Shown piece by piece: positions 24,145 to 37,018 of a stretch of DNA of 64,000 nt. This DNA comes from Oopsacas minuta. Its lineage: Eukaryota; Animalia; Porifera. The notes under the pieces are model-generated. The model ran no database searches, was not told the DNA's origin, and was given only the letters and a program-made list of their open reading frames with translations. The DNA lies in the NCBI GenBank assembly GCA_024704765.1, contig JAKMXF010000066.1, forward strand, positions 62,001 to 126,000, read 5' to 3'. Every line of letters starts with the position of its first letter. The stretch's first letter is position 1. The translations under genes and the position numbers were made by a program.

Positions 24145-24700
24145 ACCTATTATATTTCATAGTTACTAATTCGTACACTAATTCTCCTGTATTTTGTTTA
24201 TGTTTATTATTTTGGTTAATAACTTGGAGAATATATTGTTATAATAGAACCTCTATAAGGAGGGGAGATCGAGACGGCTAATATATTGTGATGTCCACAT
24301 ATAATCAATCTACTTGCATATTTTGACCAGAGTTTTTAGAGTCAGATTTGTTCAACCAATACCTCTAACAACTCTTAATTCTATGATATTCGATCTTTAT
24401 AATATCTCATAGGGTTATTGGTTGGATATACTCGTAGAAAGTTTTCCTTAGAAAACCAAAGATTCGATTTGATTATTGCGATTAATATGTGATTTTTCCA
24501 AATTTAGACACACAAAATTTATTATTCAAGAAATACTATCTTCAATTTCCTCACTTAAAGAGGTTAATTTTAATGTTTGTAACTTGGAAGGTATTTTTAA
24601 TCTAAGGTTCTCCATTCCCCATTCCCCATAATCCGCCAGCCCGTCCATTAATAGAAGTTGTACTATATTATAATGTGTTATATGAGAATCTACTAAGCTA

Positions 24701-25417
24701 ATGGCCTCTAGAGATAGTGATAGTCAGAAAACAGCTGCGAGAGATGAACAGCTGATATGTCTACTCAGACACGCGGAGAGATTGGATGACGTAGACATGA
24801 GTTGGCTCAGTCACAAGCAGATGAGGAAATACGACCCCCCTCTCTCTCCCTCTGGGAGAGAGGTAGCTAGCTCTATCTGTGAACATCTGAGACTAGACAC
24901 ACTCGGTGTAAAGCATGTAGTCAGCTCTCCTTTCCTACGTACATTGCAGACAGCTGCTCCTATAGCGAAATGTCTCTCTCACTCCCAGCTGATTGTATGT
25001 AACGGAGTATGTGAGTGTCTCTCAGAAGAAGTAGGATTTAAGACACAACCTATATTTGACCAGCAGCAACAAACTGAAGCATGTACTGGACTTAGTATTA
25101 ATTATATGTCAGATCCTTGTCCAGTATTCCCTGAGACTGTATTAGAAGTACAAGATAGATACAGAGCTGCTATACAAATGGTTGCAGACAAGTATTGGCC
25201 TGATACAGTACTTATTATAACTCATGCAATAGCTGTACGGACTGCATTCCGATTCTACTCGGCCCCTCCTCTCAACGGACTCATACCATACTGTGGTGGT
25301 ATTGTTGTTAAGAGAGGTACCTCAGAGGGCAAACTAAAATTCCTCAGAACTCTGAACGATATTCCTCTTTCAGATGCCATGCCCTTTATCGAAAATAAGA
25401 TCAAACACAGTTTGTAG
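24701..25417 (+). CDS. Histidine phosphatase superfamily (phosphoglycerate mutase-like) protein
   Basis: LLRHAER, DPPLS, SSPFLRTLQTA and IITHA motifs. Confidence 0.88.
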   Translation: MASRDSDSQKTAARDEQLICLLRHAERLDDVDMSWLSHKQMRKYDPPLSPSGREVASSICEHLRLDTLGVKHVVSSPFLRTLQTAAPIAKCLSHSQLIVCNGVCECLSEEVGFKTQPIFDQQQQTEACTGLSINYMSDPCPVFPETVLEVQDRYRAAIQMVADKYWPDTVLIITHAIAVRTAFRFYSAPPLNGLIPYCGGIVVKRGTSEGKLKFLRTLNDIPLSDAMPFIENKIKHSL

Positions 25418-25469
25418 TTTTTATTTTTATTTATTATTGTTATATATTTTTTATATCAGTATTCATAAA

Positions 25470-25589
25470 TAACAATCTAAACGGAATACCGATAATATTC
25501 GGTTTTTGATTAACCGAATTTCGAATACTGATATTCAGTTAGTAACCGATATTGAACTATTCGCCAAATATTATTTGATTGCAATCTTG
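25470..25589 (+). mobile_element. Truncated copy of the CAAGGTTG/CAACCTTG hAT MITE family
   Basis: Matches 57857-58023 (atattgaactattcgccaaatattatt...caa(t/c)cttg). Confidence 0.7.
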
Positions 25590-25740
25590 TTTTAATTGCT
25601 CTTTTTTGTTTTTGTTTGTTTCTGTATGTCTTATTCAACTTTTTATAACTATGGGGAGCTTTATATTCGTACATAAAAATTGGCACTTGCAGTTATGAAC
25701 AATTATATTTCTTACATTTTCTTAAAATAGAATATTTAGT

Positions 25741-26850
25741 ATGTCTGATGTACCTAAACCTTGGCAACGTAACTTAGTTCCTTCTAAAGAATCTGCAGAT
25801 ATAACTTCCAATCCTCTCAGAAATAACATCCTTACCACAGGTGTATCTACATCTAACTCTGCTATCCCCCACTCCTCTCCTTATGCTGCTTACAATAACA
25901 GCAGACTACCTGCTGCTGCTCCAGCCCCTCCCCTCCCTGCCCGTCCCGGCAGACCTGACTACTCAATGGGCGGACAGATGGGCTATGGTTATGGCAGTAT
26001 GGGGATGGGATACTCTCCGTATATGCAGCACTTCTCAGGTGGATATTCAGGAGGATATGGTGGCGGATATTCAGGGGGATATGGGGGTGGATATTCAGGG
26101 GGATATGGGGGTGGGTTGGGAGAAACCTCAGAAAATTCATTCGTGAGGGACGCACAAGAAGGAACTCGATCTGCCTTCTCTGCAATAGAGACAATAGTAC
26201 GAGCTGTTGGGTCTGTAGCTATCATGCTAGAGTCTACTTACTTGGCATTAAGCACATCCTTCAGAGCTATACTAGGTCTAGCTGATCACTTCTCCCAGCT
26301 AAAAACATCTCTATTCGGGGTAATCTCTGGTCTAAGTATTCTATACAAAGTACGTAACTGGATACACAGACTGCTGGTGCTGCTGAAGGTCAGATCTCCT
26401 CTGAGAAATGCAGAGTTCGATTCTGTCTGGCAGTCCTCTGCTCTGGCTGGAGCTGGAGAAATAACATCAGTGGAACAGCTGGTTCCTGATCACAAGCTAA
26501 GTCTATGGCCATTCCTATCTTTCTTTACTGTTATCCTAGCTCTACCTTATTTACTATGGAGACTGACTAAGTCTTTTACTGGGAGTAAAGCAGAAACAGA
26601 CGACTTCTTATGGGCAGAAGGCAAGGACGAGCATGTGTTACTGAAAGCTAACCATTCTTTCCAGGGACAGCCCCCTCGAGAGCTGAGTTTTAATGAGGGA
26701 GATATTCTCATTGCTGCTCCCAAACATAAACAGCCTCACGTCAGAGGATGGTTATTAGCGTGTATAGACCAGAATGTAGGGTTAATACCAGCTAACTATA
26801 TGAGTATTGTAGGGGTGAGGAAGTCTGAGCTGCCATTAGAGCAGAACTAA
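25741..26850 (+). CDS. PEX13: Peroxisomal membrane protein PEX13
   Basis: KPW start, Gly/Tyr-rich N-terminus with GGYSGGYG repeats, AFSAIETIVRAVGSVAIMLEST...ILGLADHF peroxin-13 core, TM helix and a C-terminal SH3 domain (ELSFNEGD, RGWLL, GLIPANY). Confidence 0.95.
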   Translation: MSDVPKPWQRNLVPSKESADITSNPLRNNILTTGVSTSNSAIPHSSPYAAYNNSRLPAAAPAPPLPARPGRPDYSMGGQMGYGYGSMGMGYSPYMQHFSGGYSGGYGGGYSGGYGGGYSGGYGGGLGETSENSFVRDAQEGTRSAFSAIETIVRAVGSVAIMLESTYLALSTSFRAILGLADHFSQLKTSLFGVISGLSILYKVRNWIHRLLVLLKVRSPLRNAEFDSVWQSSALAGAGEITSVEQLVPDHKLSLWPFLSFFTVILALPYLLWRLTKSFTGSKAETDDFLWAEGKDEHVLLKANHSFQGQPPRELSFNEGDILIAAPKHKQPHVRGWLLACIDQNVGLIPANYMSIVGVRKSELPLEQN

Positions 26851-27529
26851 TGTGTATTGACTATGTTGTTACTAATCGTTAGAGGCGTTGATATATTTGG
26901 TATTTTACTCATTGCTATTCGGAATTTGATACTATTAATAAACTACCTACAGTAAGATACAGGAAATTCACGCTTTGCTTAATTATACTGTTTTCAAAAT
27001 ATTGTGTGAATTTTACAGTGATTTTGTATCCGATTAGACTCTCTATATTCTTGTTGATAATTACTTAAGTTATGTAATTCCAATTTATTCGGATTTAAGA
27101 ACCGACCATTTGAAAATACAATCAAAACTGCTTTATTGCTAACTTTTAGTTTATTATAGCGGATTTTGTTCTTTTTTCTTTAAGAAATTCTTCTAAATAT
27201 TCTTGCCTGACCAAGAAATGGTTAAAACAATTGTTTCAACTGTAGTATAATGTTGCGGAACCAACTGGAAATACCGTACAACTCTACAGAGTGACGCTGG
27301 GGTACAAGACATTCTGTAACCTGTTGAGGTCGATTACGTCATACCATAAACCACTGATTATTTCACACCAAGCACGACAATTACATTTATACTACTAGCA
27401 GTTTGCTAACCAGATTTTAAAATTACTCTTTTTATTTAATTTGTTAGGAATACATCTCGTCAGTTTGTATCAGCAATACTGCTATTACTCTTTAGTTATC
27501 ACATACTATAATTTCCTTTTAGTGCAGCA

Positions 27530-27960
27530 GGGAGATGCTCAAATGGCACGGACGATGTGCGACGTCCGTACGTCTGGTCTCCGCTGCCATGCGAAATCTA
27601 ACAGTTAGATTAGATTGACATGAAAGTTGGTATACGTATAGATTTTGGGTCGGAGATTTGCACCTCGGGTATGATTTTTTCTAAAGTTAATATTTCACAC
27701 CTTTTTTGGTGATTAATCATATTTTCACACCTTTCTATGAAAATACAAAAGCAAGCTAGAGATTTGATTTTAACACGTTGTCAGGGGTTATTGGCTGTAT
27801 AGAGTCCGATTTTGAGATTTTGAGTGTCTGGAAGTTACAATTTCACAGATTTATCATATGAATAATCATATTTTCACACCTTTTTGCATATTATTCAAAA
27901 CCATTCTACGATTTCGTGTTAACTGTTAGTAAGGAGTAATCGAGTATGTAGATCCGCGAA
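27530..27960 (+). repeat. Degenerate interspersed repeat reminiscent of DINE-1/Helentron-associated elements
   Basis: gtccgtacgtc-type microsatellite followed by a gaaagttggtatac-like motif and recurring ttttcacacctt units; related units at 39490-39830. Confidence 0.35.
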
Positions 27961-27974
27961 GCGGTTCGTCATTT

Positions 27975-28260
27975 TCTAATCAAAGACTGAAGATGAGAAT
28001 AGAATTCGTATCATAATCTGGCAATGAAAATGTTTGAAATATCAATGTTAAAAGAAGAAATTTGAAATCACTAACAACTTTCTTTCCAGTTCCTCAACGT
28101 CAACAATTACCACATTTCTGTAGAATGAAATTGTCATTGAAGACATAGAGACAAGGATTTGATGGTTCAGAACACAAACATATCCTGTTGATAGCTTTAC
28201 ATCACGAGTTAATATTAGAATATATTTTCTGAAATAAATTTGTAGGACACCTATACCTAT
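27975..28260 (-). pseudogene. Decayed NHL-repeat fragment
   Basis: With frameshifts the minus strand reads TRDVKLSTGYVCVL..SNPCLYVFNDNFILQK..GTGKKV..NIDISNIFI..DYDTNSILIFS, collinear with the 37019 gene (PRDVKVTRDRVLVLDGSDPCMFVFN...). Confidence 0.55.
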
Positions 28261-28377
28261 CTTCCATTATTCTTTCTGAATGGCATATGTCTCATGCATA
28301 TACTCCATTATGTTCTTTGATAATTATAACTAGAATTACTTTATCATTCGTTTCTTGACAAATAGCAATATTCTATA

Positions 28378-29283
28378 ATGTTATCTAAAGAAATAGTAAT
28401 TACAGATTCTCATCATCATCTTTGGACACCTGATACTCACTCCTGGGTGAAAGATGTAAAAGACTCAGGTCACCCAGCAGGCCCATTTAAATCAATTCAG
28501 AACTATCTGTTACCAGAGTTCTTAGCAGATATTGAACCATTCAATATAACAAAGTCTGTACATTTACAATGCTTTATGGATGGAGATCCGATTAATGAAA
28601 CTAAAAGTTTACAAACAATTGCAGATTCTAATCCAAAAGGATTTCCCCATGGTATAGTCAGTCATTGTGACTTAACTTCACCAGACGTATCTCAGGTGTT
28701 GATAAACCATATGAAATACCCGAATTTTAGAGGCACAAGACAGCTGCTTAATTTCCATCCAGACAAGAAAATATTTTGTGAGGCTAAACATGATAATTAT
28801 CTTACAGATGTAACCTGGCAACAGGGGTACTCTCTGCTTGCTGAACACAAATTAACATTTGATATGCATATATTACCACGTCAATACCTACAAGCATATG
28901 ACGTCATCAAAGCTAATCCCACTATAAATGTTGTAATTAATCATTGTGGGGTAATGTATGAGAGAGATGAAGCTACTATGAAGTTATGGAGAGATGGGCT
29001 GGCAATGCTAGCTTCACTTCCTAACTGTTTTATGAAGTTATCTGGGTTAGCTATGGTACATATTAATCCTGATGATTTAGTTCCCATCAAGTCTATCGTA
29101 CAGGAGCTAATTGGTTTGTTTGGTACTGATAGATGTATGTACGGTTCTAACTTCCCAGTAGATAAAGTGAACGCTACTTATCAGCAACTGATAAAAGCAA
29201 TGGAGTTCTCTATAGCTGATTATACCTTAGAAGAGAAGAAGAATATATTCGCTAATAATGCTAACACATTTTATAGGTTGTAA
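28378..29283 (+). CDS. Amidohydrolase (Amidohydro_2 TIM-barrel metal hydrolase; lactonase-like)
   Basis: DSHHHLW metal motif, FRGTRQ, TFDM, VVINHCG, MKLSG and RCMYGSNFPVD. Confidence 0.88.
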   Translation: MLSKEIVITDSHHHLWTPDTHSWVKDVKDSGHPAGPFKSIQNYLLPEFLADIEPFNITKSVHLQCFMDGDPINETKSLQTIADSNPKGFPHGIVSHCDLTSPDVSQVLINHMKYPNFRGTRQLLNFHPDKKIFCEAKHDNYLTDVTWQQGYSLLAEHKLTFDMHILPRQYLQAYDVIKANPTINVVINHCGVMYERDEATMKLWRDGLAMLASLPNCFMKLSGLAMVHINPDDLVPIKSIVQELIGLFGTDRCMYGSNFPVDKVNATYQQLIKAMEFSIADYTLEEKKNIFANNANTFYRL

Positions 29284-29655
29284 TACGAAATACGTATTAT
29301 TGCTCCATTTTTTAGTTTTGAAGCGATTCCAGTGACATAATTATATAAGAATTTGTGTGCTGTAACTTTGCTTAATGTACGAAGATTATAGAATGTTTAC
29401 ATTATTTAATTGAATTATACTAAGTCTAAAATCCAGAGCATTAAAGGAGCGCGCTCCTATTTTGAGGAACGGGACCTGGAGCACGCTCAATTTATGATTC
29501 AGGAGCCGATGGTGGAGTGGCGCTCCATATTTGAAGGAGCGCACACACTGGCGGTCACTCCTATTTAAATTTGTACAAGTTCTGCATGCAGATATACCGA
29601 CTTCCAGAGCCATTGCATACTTCATATCTTATTCGTATCAATCAGAACCAGGTGT

Positions 29656-30200
29656 ATGGCACTCAGTTTAATTCTAAATTTTAATCATCTCATTGTTTAT
29701 TCTACAGAAGGGAAGTATCTACAATCCGTTGGAAGGGAAAGGGAAGAATGGATTGCATTTAATAGACCGATAGGAATTGATTGTTCAACAGAAATTAATA
29801 CAATATATATTGCTGAAAGGGGAAATAACAAAGTTCATTGTTTGAATTCAGAACTCACATTCCATTCGTATATTGACAATATTTTGGGTACTAGAGATGT
29901 ACAATTAACATCTAAGGCGGTTATTGTATTGTCTTTCCGAAATTTTTGTGTCTGTATCTTCACATATTATTATCAGCTGATTAGAGAAATTATTCCACGT
30001 GGTGAAGGCTGGTTTGTTACAATCCTTTTCAATTTTCTTGATGAATATTGCAATCTTATGAAAAAGGGTTTATCCACAATTTTGGTAAGGAAGGAGGAGA
30101 GAGAGGAGATAGTTTATATCCTACAGGAAACACAATCTTCCCTGAAGGAAGAATCAATAATTCATAATTATTACTGAGGAACCCAACCATAATGTACAGA
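29656..30200 (+). pseudogene. Decayed NHL-repeat gene fragment
   Basis: YLQSVGRE..FNRPIGIDCS..IYIAERGNNKVHCLN..RDVQLTSKAVIVL; no ATG start, and the 3' part loses the frame. Confidence 0.65.
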
Positions 30201-31136
30201 TATTCTGATCTCAATATTAACAATGCTCTACTTATATTCTCTATTATATCACTCGTACTTTACTCGTTATTTGTATATCATGGTTTATTCTCCCTATATA
30301 TTGTACAGTGGGAACTGCACAAACCAACACCTGTATAATCCGGAATAACACTCTAATGGAGTCTAACCCGATAGTGTTTTTGATCTGAAATAGCTTCCGA
30401 CTATACAAATTCACCATGCATAATAATCCGCAATTTGCTAAACCGACAAATTTTTCCATGTCAGTTACTCGGTTTATGCACATTCCACTCTACTAAACTC
30501 CCCTTCTTCCACCCTTTCTACTTCGGTAATTCGGATACTTTATTATTCCAATTACCTACATACAGCCTGTTATATTTTGGGCTAATTAATTATACTACTG
30601 TATATACATACTATGTATGCATATGAGTCATATCACTGCTGATTATTGTCGTTACCGCTAATTAAGGAATAGAGCTGGTCTTTCATGTTGTTCAAGAGTC
30701 TCTGTTTCCAATGGAAAATTACAAAAACGCCGTTCCAGCTAAATCAAGAGTTCATAATTGTATGTAACTAACGGATGGCAATCATCAATAGGTCAAATTC
30801 CTAAACTATCACTAAATATGGTATTTTGGTAAATAGTCATTATTAAAATGGTAGTCGTTAAATGATCGGAATTTGTCCAACACTGAATTTGGACTTCAAT
30901 GCTAACAATACGTATGTTAAACATGACTGTGAATTATTTGAACAACAAACAAATAAACAAAAATTATCGATAAAAATCAAACACAAAAAATGTTTAGTTC
31001 CAAAATTTACAATTGGAGATAAATAATTAGAAATTTTACAAAGCTCAACTTTTATCCACATTGGGCCTAACATATTGCAAAATGCACATTTTCATGATTT
31101 TTTCACGGATCCGCTATCAGTCTTTCTCAGAATCGA

Positions 31137-31901
31137 TCACAGGTTTGCCTCATCTCTTTGATTTGTAGCCCTCTCCTTTTCATCAATATCTTTCGCTTTT
31201 TCCATGATCATAGCTGTACAAACCCTTCCGTCTGATTGAAAGCGAATACCCTCAATTGTTTGAATCAATTTTTTAGTCATGGCATCATAGTAGAAATCGT
31301 CCTTGGTAGATGTACAGGAGATACACATCCAATTCTGCTTTGCCTTTCCAATTATTTTCTCATTGAATATTTTTAGTTGTTCGTTCTGCAGTTCACCATG
31401 AATTAAGCGTTCTTGCTTCTCATAGGAGTAGATGTCTTTTTCGCCTCTTTTCTCCAACTTTAAGTCAACCTTAGTAAACACAGGTATTACGTAGTCGTAG
31501 AAATGTTCATGTTCCATAAAGGTTGCGAACATTGCGAAATATGAAACCAGTTCTTTTTCGATTCGTTCAGTTGCACTTATCACAAACAGAAACGCATCTA
31601 CACCATCTTTAGCTTCATAGAAAGCATCAACCATGTCCCCCTTGGCTTGTCCGCTATTCCAAAAGTCTCCAAATCCTGGAGTGTCGATAATCCTTAGAGT
31701 ACGACCACCTGGTAGACTCGTACACTCACACCTGATTGTATCTGTTACTCGTGCTATACTGTCCGCAGCTGCAAAATGTTCTCTCTTCAGTAGAAAATTT
31801 CCAAGACTGCTCTTTCCTGCACCCATTTTCCCAACCAACATAACTGTATAATTGTCGTAATCTTTCTTTCTGGCGACTGTATCTGCGTGTGTATTTCCCA
31901 T
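31137..31901 (-). CDS. AIG1/GIMAP-like GTPase (254 aa)
   Basis: G1 VMLVGKMGAGKSSLGNFLL, switch SIARVT, G3 IIDTPGF, DGVDAFLFVI, G4 VFTKVD; N-terminal MG could be myristoylated. Confidence 0.9.
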   Translation of the reverse strand: MGNTHADTVARKKDYDNYTVMLVGKMGAGKSSLGNFLLKREHFAAADSIARVTDTIRCECTSLPGGRTLRIIDTPGFGDFWNSGQAKGDMVDAFYEAKDGVDAFLFVISATERIEKELVSYFAMFATFMEHEHFYDYVIPVFTKVDLKLEKRGEKDIYSYEKQERLIHGELQNEQLKIFNEKIIGKAKQNWMCISCTSTKDDFYYDAMTKKLIQTIEGIRFQSDGRVCTAMIMEKAKDIDEKERATNQRDEANL

Positions 31902-34452
31902 TTTACGTATATGTTGCTAGATTCGGATTTATATCAACCAATACTAATAATAAAATAATTCCAGAATAATCAGATGTGTATTTTTTAATTGCAGTGTAGA
32001 AGTGAGTTTATGTGATTGCAGGACTTTCCCACATTTTCTACAATAGTGTAATCCTCATGTTGGATCCGTGAGCTTGACAACTATGCGAGAGGTTTAGATA
32101 ATGAACTACTTATATGAAATGGGGGAATTATTGGAAAAGTCTTGCAATCACACTAAATTCAATTCTACATTGTAACATTAAATAATGATGTAACAATTTC
32201 CTGAACAATTTCGATGGAATCATCGGAATATATTAATTTGACTAATTCTAAGCTGTAATGATATATCTTATGAGATTGAGTCTATGATCCGCAATGAATA
32301 TTCATAATTCATTTAATATTATATCATATTAGTTGCTAATAAAATTGTCATAGATTAAATCAACATTCAAAGGGTTATGTGTAACAAGAGAATCAAAGCT
32401 GCGTAGTGATATAACTAATGATTAACAACCAAAAAATCATTTAATGACCTCATATTAGTTGCAAACTAAGTATGTCATTATTTGTTAGGGATGGATATAG
32501 GTTCAAACGTCAGGGTGACTAAATGAAACACGTTTACAATATCAGTAATCATTTCTTTTTTCCCTATTTCTACAGGTGCTGGGGTTTGCCAAGGTCTTAT
32601 GACAGAATCGGAACCAATAACTACTAGAACATTTACCTATTTCCATGCACAAGTTTTTTGCAACATTGCTACTTACCAACCCTCCCTGTATACAGGAATT
32701 ATGCCGAGATTTTAATAGGAAGTGAAGGAAAATATTTGCAAAATGTTGTGCTTTTTCTCCAAATTATAGTATGATATTGCAATTCGTTATTGTAAAACTA
32801 TTTTCAGAAAATCCGGGGATATTATTGTAACTGGTTGGTGAGTATGAATGATACATACTAATTTGTTGCATGGAAAATTCAACACACGAAATATGTGGAC
32901 TTCAAAATTATTATAACTATCAAATACTACTTTGTGATATGCCAATAAAGGCCCTAATAGGTAAATTCAAAATAATATAGGTAATATACGTGTTATCCTG
33001 GACGACATTCAAAAGTACCCGAAATCTAATAATTTCGCACGCTCGCTACCCTCGCTCGTAAAATAGTTTAAAGTATGTACTCAACCCAATAGACATTATG
33101 CAGGCATCCAGGAATTTGCTCTATTCAATTACTATTTATTGAAACATCACAGAGGTTATGAGATTATATAGTTCAATATTAACGAATTTAGTCGACCTTT
33201 TCATAATGGATTGTCGTCCAAGGTGTAGTTTTGAGATCTATGCTATGGCCACCACTGATTATGTATTATAATAATTATCAATCAATACATATTTTGAAAA
33301 CAGCTCTTTTCGCAACTCCCTAGTATACCTGTTTTCCCGTTAGAAACTAATGACTAGCACAATATTTATTTACAAATGTGCAAATTAAGATTTATCATAT
33401 TGTAAACATCATTTTGTGAGTATTTCATGGTTTAAAGCCAATCATACATCATGCAACTTTGTTATATGTATGTTTGTTGGAATTTTTATGCAAATTTATT
33501 GTATGCAACATGCCGTTACATTGGAATAATTTATGCTTCAAATTGCACATGAATGATGGATATAATGTTTATCGAATTTTACGGTTTCCATTGCCCATGT
33601 CATCATCAGTTAAACTGTGTGAAAATATGATTAATCGTATGATATCTACGTTTGATACTTTTCGGACCGCGCAGGTTGACATGGTCTCGAAGAAATAGTA
33701 ATAACCTACTTTACATACCTATAATCATTCCTCGTAACAAAAATTCCTACAAACACCTTTGTGATAGTCAAAAAATACAGATAAATTAATAAACGAATAT
33801 ATGAGTAGAAATTGCGAAAATACAAACCATAATAAACTCACGAATCTGTCGATTAATATTTGTATCATCAAATGGTAGTTCTAGATGTTCAATTAATTTT
33901 ATATAAAAAGGAGGATAATTTGAATTATTTATACACGTAGATCAGTATTGAGCTGAGTATTATATTGCATACATCGTAATATACTAATATTATATGTTAA
34001 ATTTCCCACGGAGATTACACCATATAGCATTATTCTATTTCACATCTTGTACACTTCTTATAGTATAAGTTTTTGAAATTATATCATAACTCAACTCGTT
34101 TCCAACCTCAGGTTTAGCCGTCGGTGTTTCCGTCTGTTACGTACTGCTAACATAGCTTGCTATGAGAAAATAAACCTCAAAAACTTTGTGCGATTTTCTC
34201 GTGTTAATCTCCTTGAGTTGATATTTCCATAATCATAAGTTATCCTGAATTTATTTAGATTTACTTGATTAATTAAATATGGTTTATCCTTCCTTATTTA
34301 AGTTTCATTGAATTTGAAAATCAATATTGTAAGAATTATTAGCATTTAATACATTCAATATATATCGTATAATAATATGGTAATTATAATTATTATTCTT
34401 TCATAAATACTTGTGTAAAGGCCAAAATTTAGTAGAGCTTATTCTAACAATA

Positions 34453-35234
34453 TTATCTACGCTTTTCAACCATCAGGACAAATAACAGCATACCAGCGGT
34501 AACCATAGCAACCAGATATAGAATTGTAGTGGAAAGTACTCCCAATGCTATTAGCTTGAAAAATTCATAAACATATAATAACATTGATACGTATGTTCTC
34601 TCTAGACAGCCTTCATTGTATATCTGCATGAACTCACCTGTATCGCATTCAGTAGCGTTATAGAACACTTTACAACACTGGATGGAATGTTTGATATATT
34701 TTCATAACTGTCTGGTCCTTCGGGCCCGCAGCATTTCAATACTTGATGAAGTTTATCAATAAATGACTGATTTATTCGCTGTCTATCTGTGAAGTATCTC
34801 TTATGGAATATTCTAGAATAATCTTTGACATAGTTTTCATAGGAAAGCTCAATTGATATTGCATTCCAATATAGCCGCCTGTCAATTGAATGACAGTGGT
34901 AAGAATCAGCATATAGATGGTTGCACCGAGTAGAGCGATTGAAATCAATTTTGTATTATTTCGATGTGAAAAGCTAGCGACAAACGCACCTAATACATTT
35001 GTTATGCATGCAACAAATAATAACACCCCGCTGATCAATGTTGTTATTTAAAACACTTTAAAGTGATGGCCATTCACTGGAGATGGTAGTTAAAATGTTT
35101 TCGAGAATATTTCTGTTCGTTGCGTCGAAAACAGTTAAATAATTCCCAACAGCAAGCATTACAAGTGACATCATGAATTCAATACTTCCCATAATGGAGC
35201 ATACTAATATTAGAACAAATCTCAAATTCTTCAT
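34453..35234 (-). pseudogene. Tetraspanin pseudogene
   Basis: Four hydrophobic segments plus IDKLHQVLKCCGPEGP (CCG motif), PSS-CCK (1-nt deletion near 34677) and EGCL. Stops and at least three frame changes. Confidence 0.8.
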
Positions 35235-37018
35235 TTCAAGAGATTTTTGTTGGACAATTTGTCAATAAATAATTGTTTGGGGAAATTTATATATATATGG
35301 TGAATTGTCACCTGGCAAGACCCATTCTGAGTAACAATAGCATTTACACGAGTGTATTTGTCAATGTATTGAATTACTCACTGGCCATGACTTTAGAAAT
35401 ATGATTATCAGTCTAGTAAATATTCCATCAAATATTTTATATTATCAATCCTCGATTCTTGTCTGATCAGAAATTGATTATTATTATTTAACTACACTGC
35501 AAAAACGACAAAATAACCTGTTAGACAAAACCCACAATGCTAAATACTAATAGGCCAGATTATTTTGATAGCTAATTTACGCCAATTAACAATAACCCAT
35601 AAGTTGCATTAGTAATTAGCATGCTAACACTTTGTGTTAGCATTGGACTCGGCACTTTGTGCTTCGAATTTAGCAAAGTATAAATTGCCAAATTGAATGA
35701 ATAAATTAATAATTCATCTATTTGTTTACAATTATTCATAAAAACAACAAATAGGTTTGCATATGGGAAACTTGCAAATGTGAAATTCGGATTCAGCGTA
35801 CTAGATTACCCCTATATTTCTGTTAAGAGGAACTCTCTAAGTGTATTTATATACGATAGAACTCGGATATAAGATACACCCTCAGGAAACAAAAATAGTA
35901 CGCGTACTAACCTATGCCCGTTATTGAGAACAGTACTAATAACCGAGTTCTACTATATGTGTTTTCGCTCTGCTGTTCACACCATAGAGATACGGTCACG
36001 TATAGAGAATTTGGCTCTGCATGTGACCTTAGACTGTAATTCTATTGGTCAATAAACTATTAAGTGCATATATACTTACATCAATTTTCACATTTTCAAA
36101 TTTCAAAATTGTAATTTAATGGTAAATAGAGCGTATAATTCTATTATTTATTAGAATAATATAGTTTCGATAATCCACTGACATTAAATTCGTGAAATTT
36201 AAGTCGGCACAGACGGTGATTTGAGATTTTTCTTATATAATTATGTAAACACAAAATCTAAATTATTGAAACTCAATTATTGTGTGTTTGCGTGTTTGTT
36301 TGTTTATCTATTTTGTATTATAATAATAGAGGAAGATGATCTGCATATATAACACAGGGAATAACATATCCTTCTGTTGACGATATACGAAAAGTAAACA
36401 ATTACATTGGGGAAATCGAATATGCTGATTCTGATTTTCACACTTTCGAATTATTCCTATGTAATTTAGTTGTTGGTTTTTGAATATACAGCAAACATAA
36501 GTTGAAATCTCGAAATATACTTGGAGTGTTTCTCTTAACAGACATATAGGGATAATCCAGTACGCTGATTCCGAATTTCGCATCCTCAAGTTCTTCATAT
36601 ATAAAATAAATGAATTATTAATTTATTAATTCCATTTTGCAATTTTATACTTTGCTAAATTCGAGGAATGAAGTGCCGAGTCTATTGCGAACATAAAGTG
36701 TTCGTAAACCATGCAGCGTAAGCAATCGAAACGGCTCGTCGATAATAAATCAAATTGGGAGAAAAGTACATACTAACCGAATTCTACTGTATTTATAAGT
36801 TTGTGACTTATATGTACAGTCTTTATAGACTCTAGATCATATCCTCAAGAAGGAGTTAAATATCAAAATAGACTTCTCACAACTCAATGAAAACCTCAAA
36901 GAAGTAAGATTTATATGTTACATACTTACCACGTGTCTCCGTTTAATATAGTACAATAGACAATCTCAAAATAAAATACGTACATATATATTCACACTCA
37001 TTAACATACTAAAATGAA

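Noticed and set aside
27200-27450. Minus-strand CRAWCEIISGLWYDVIDL resembling an F-box C-terminus
   Set aside because: The F-box N-terminal half could not be reconstructed and stops flank the motif.
30244-30560. Possible additional NHL relic on the minus strand (GMCINR..., HDIQITSKVRVI)
   Set aside because: Similarity too weak to call by eye.
32560-32730. GC-richer segment after a good splice acceptor, with a BTB-like FLYTG on the other strand
   Set aside because: No partner exons or convincing motif.
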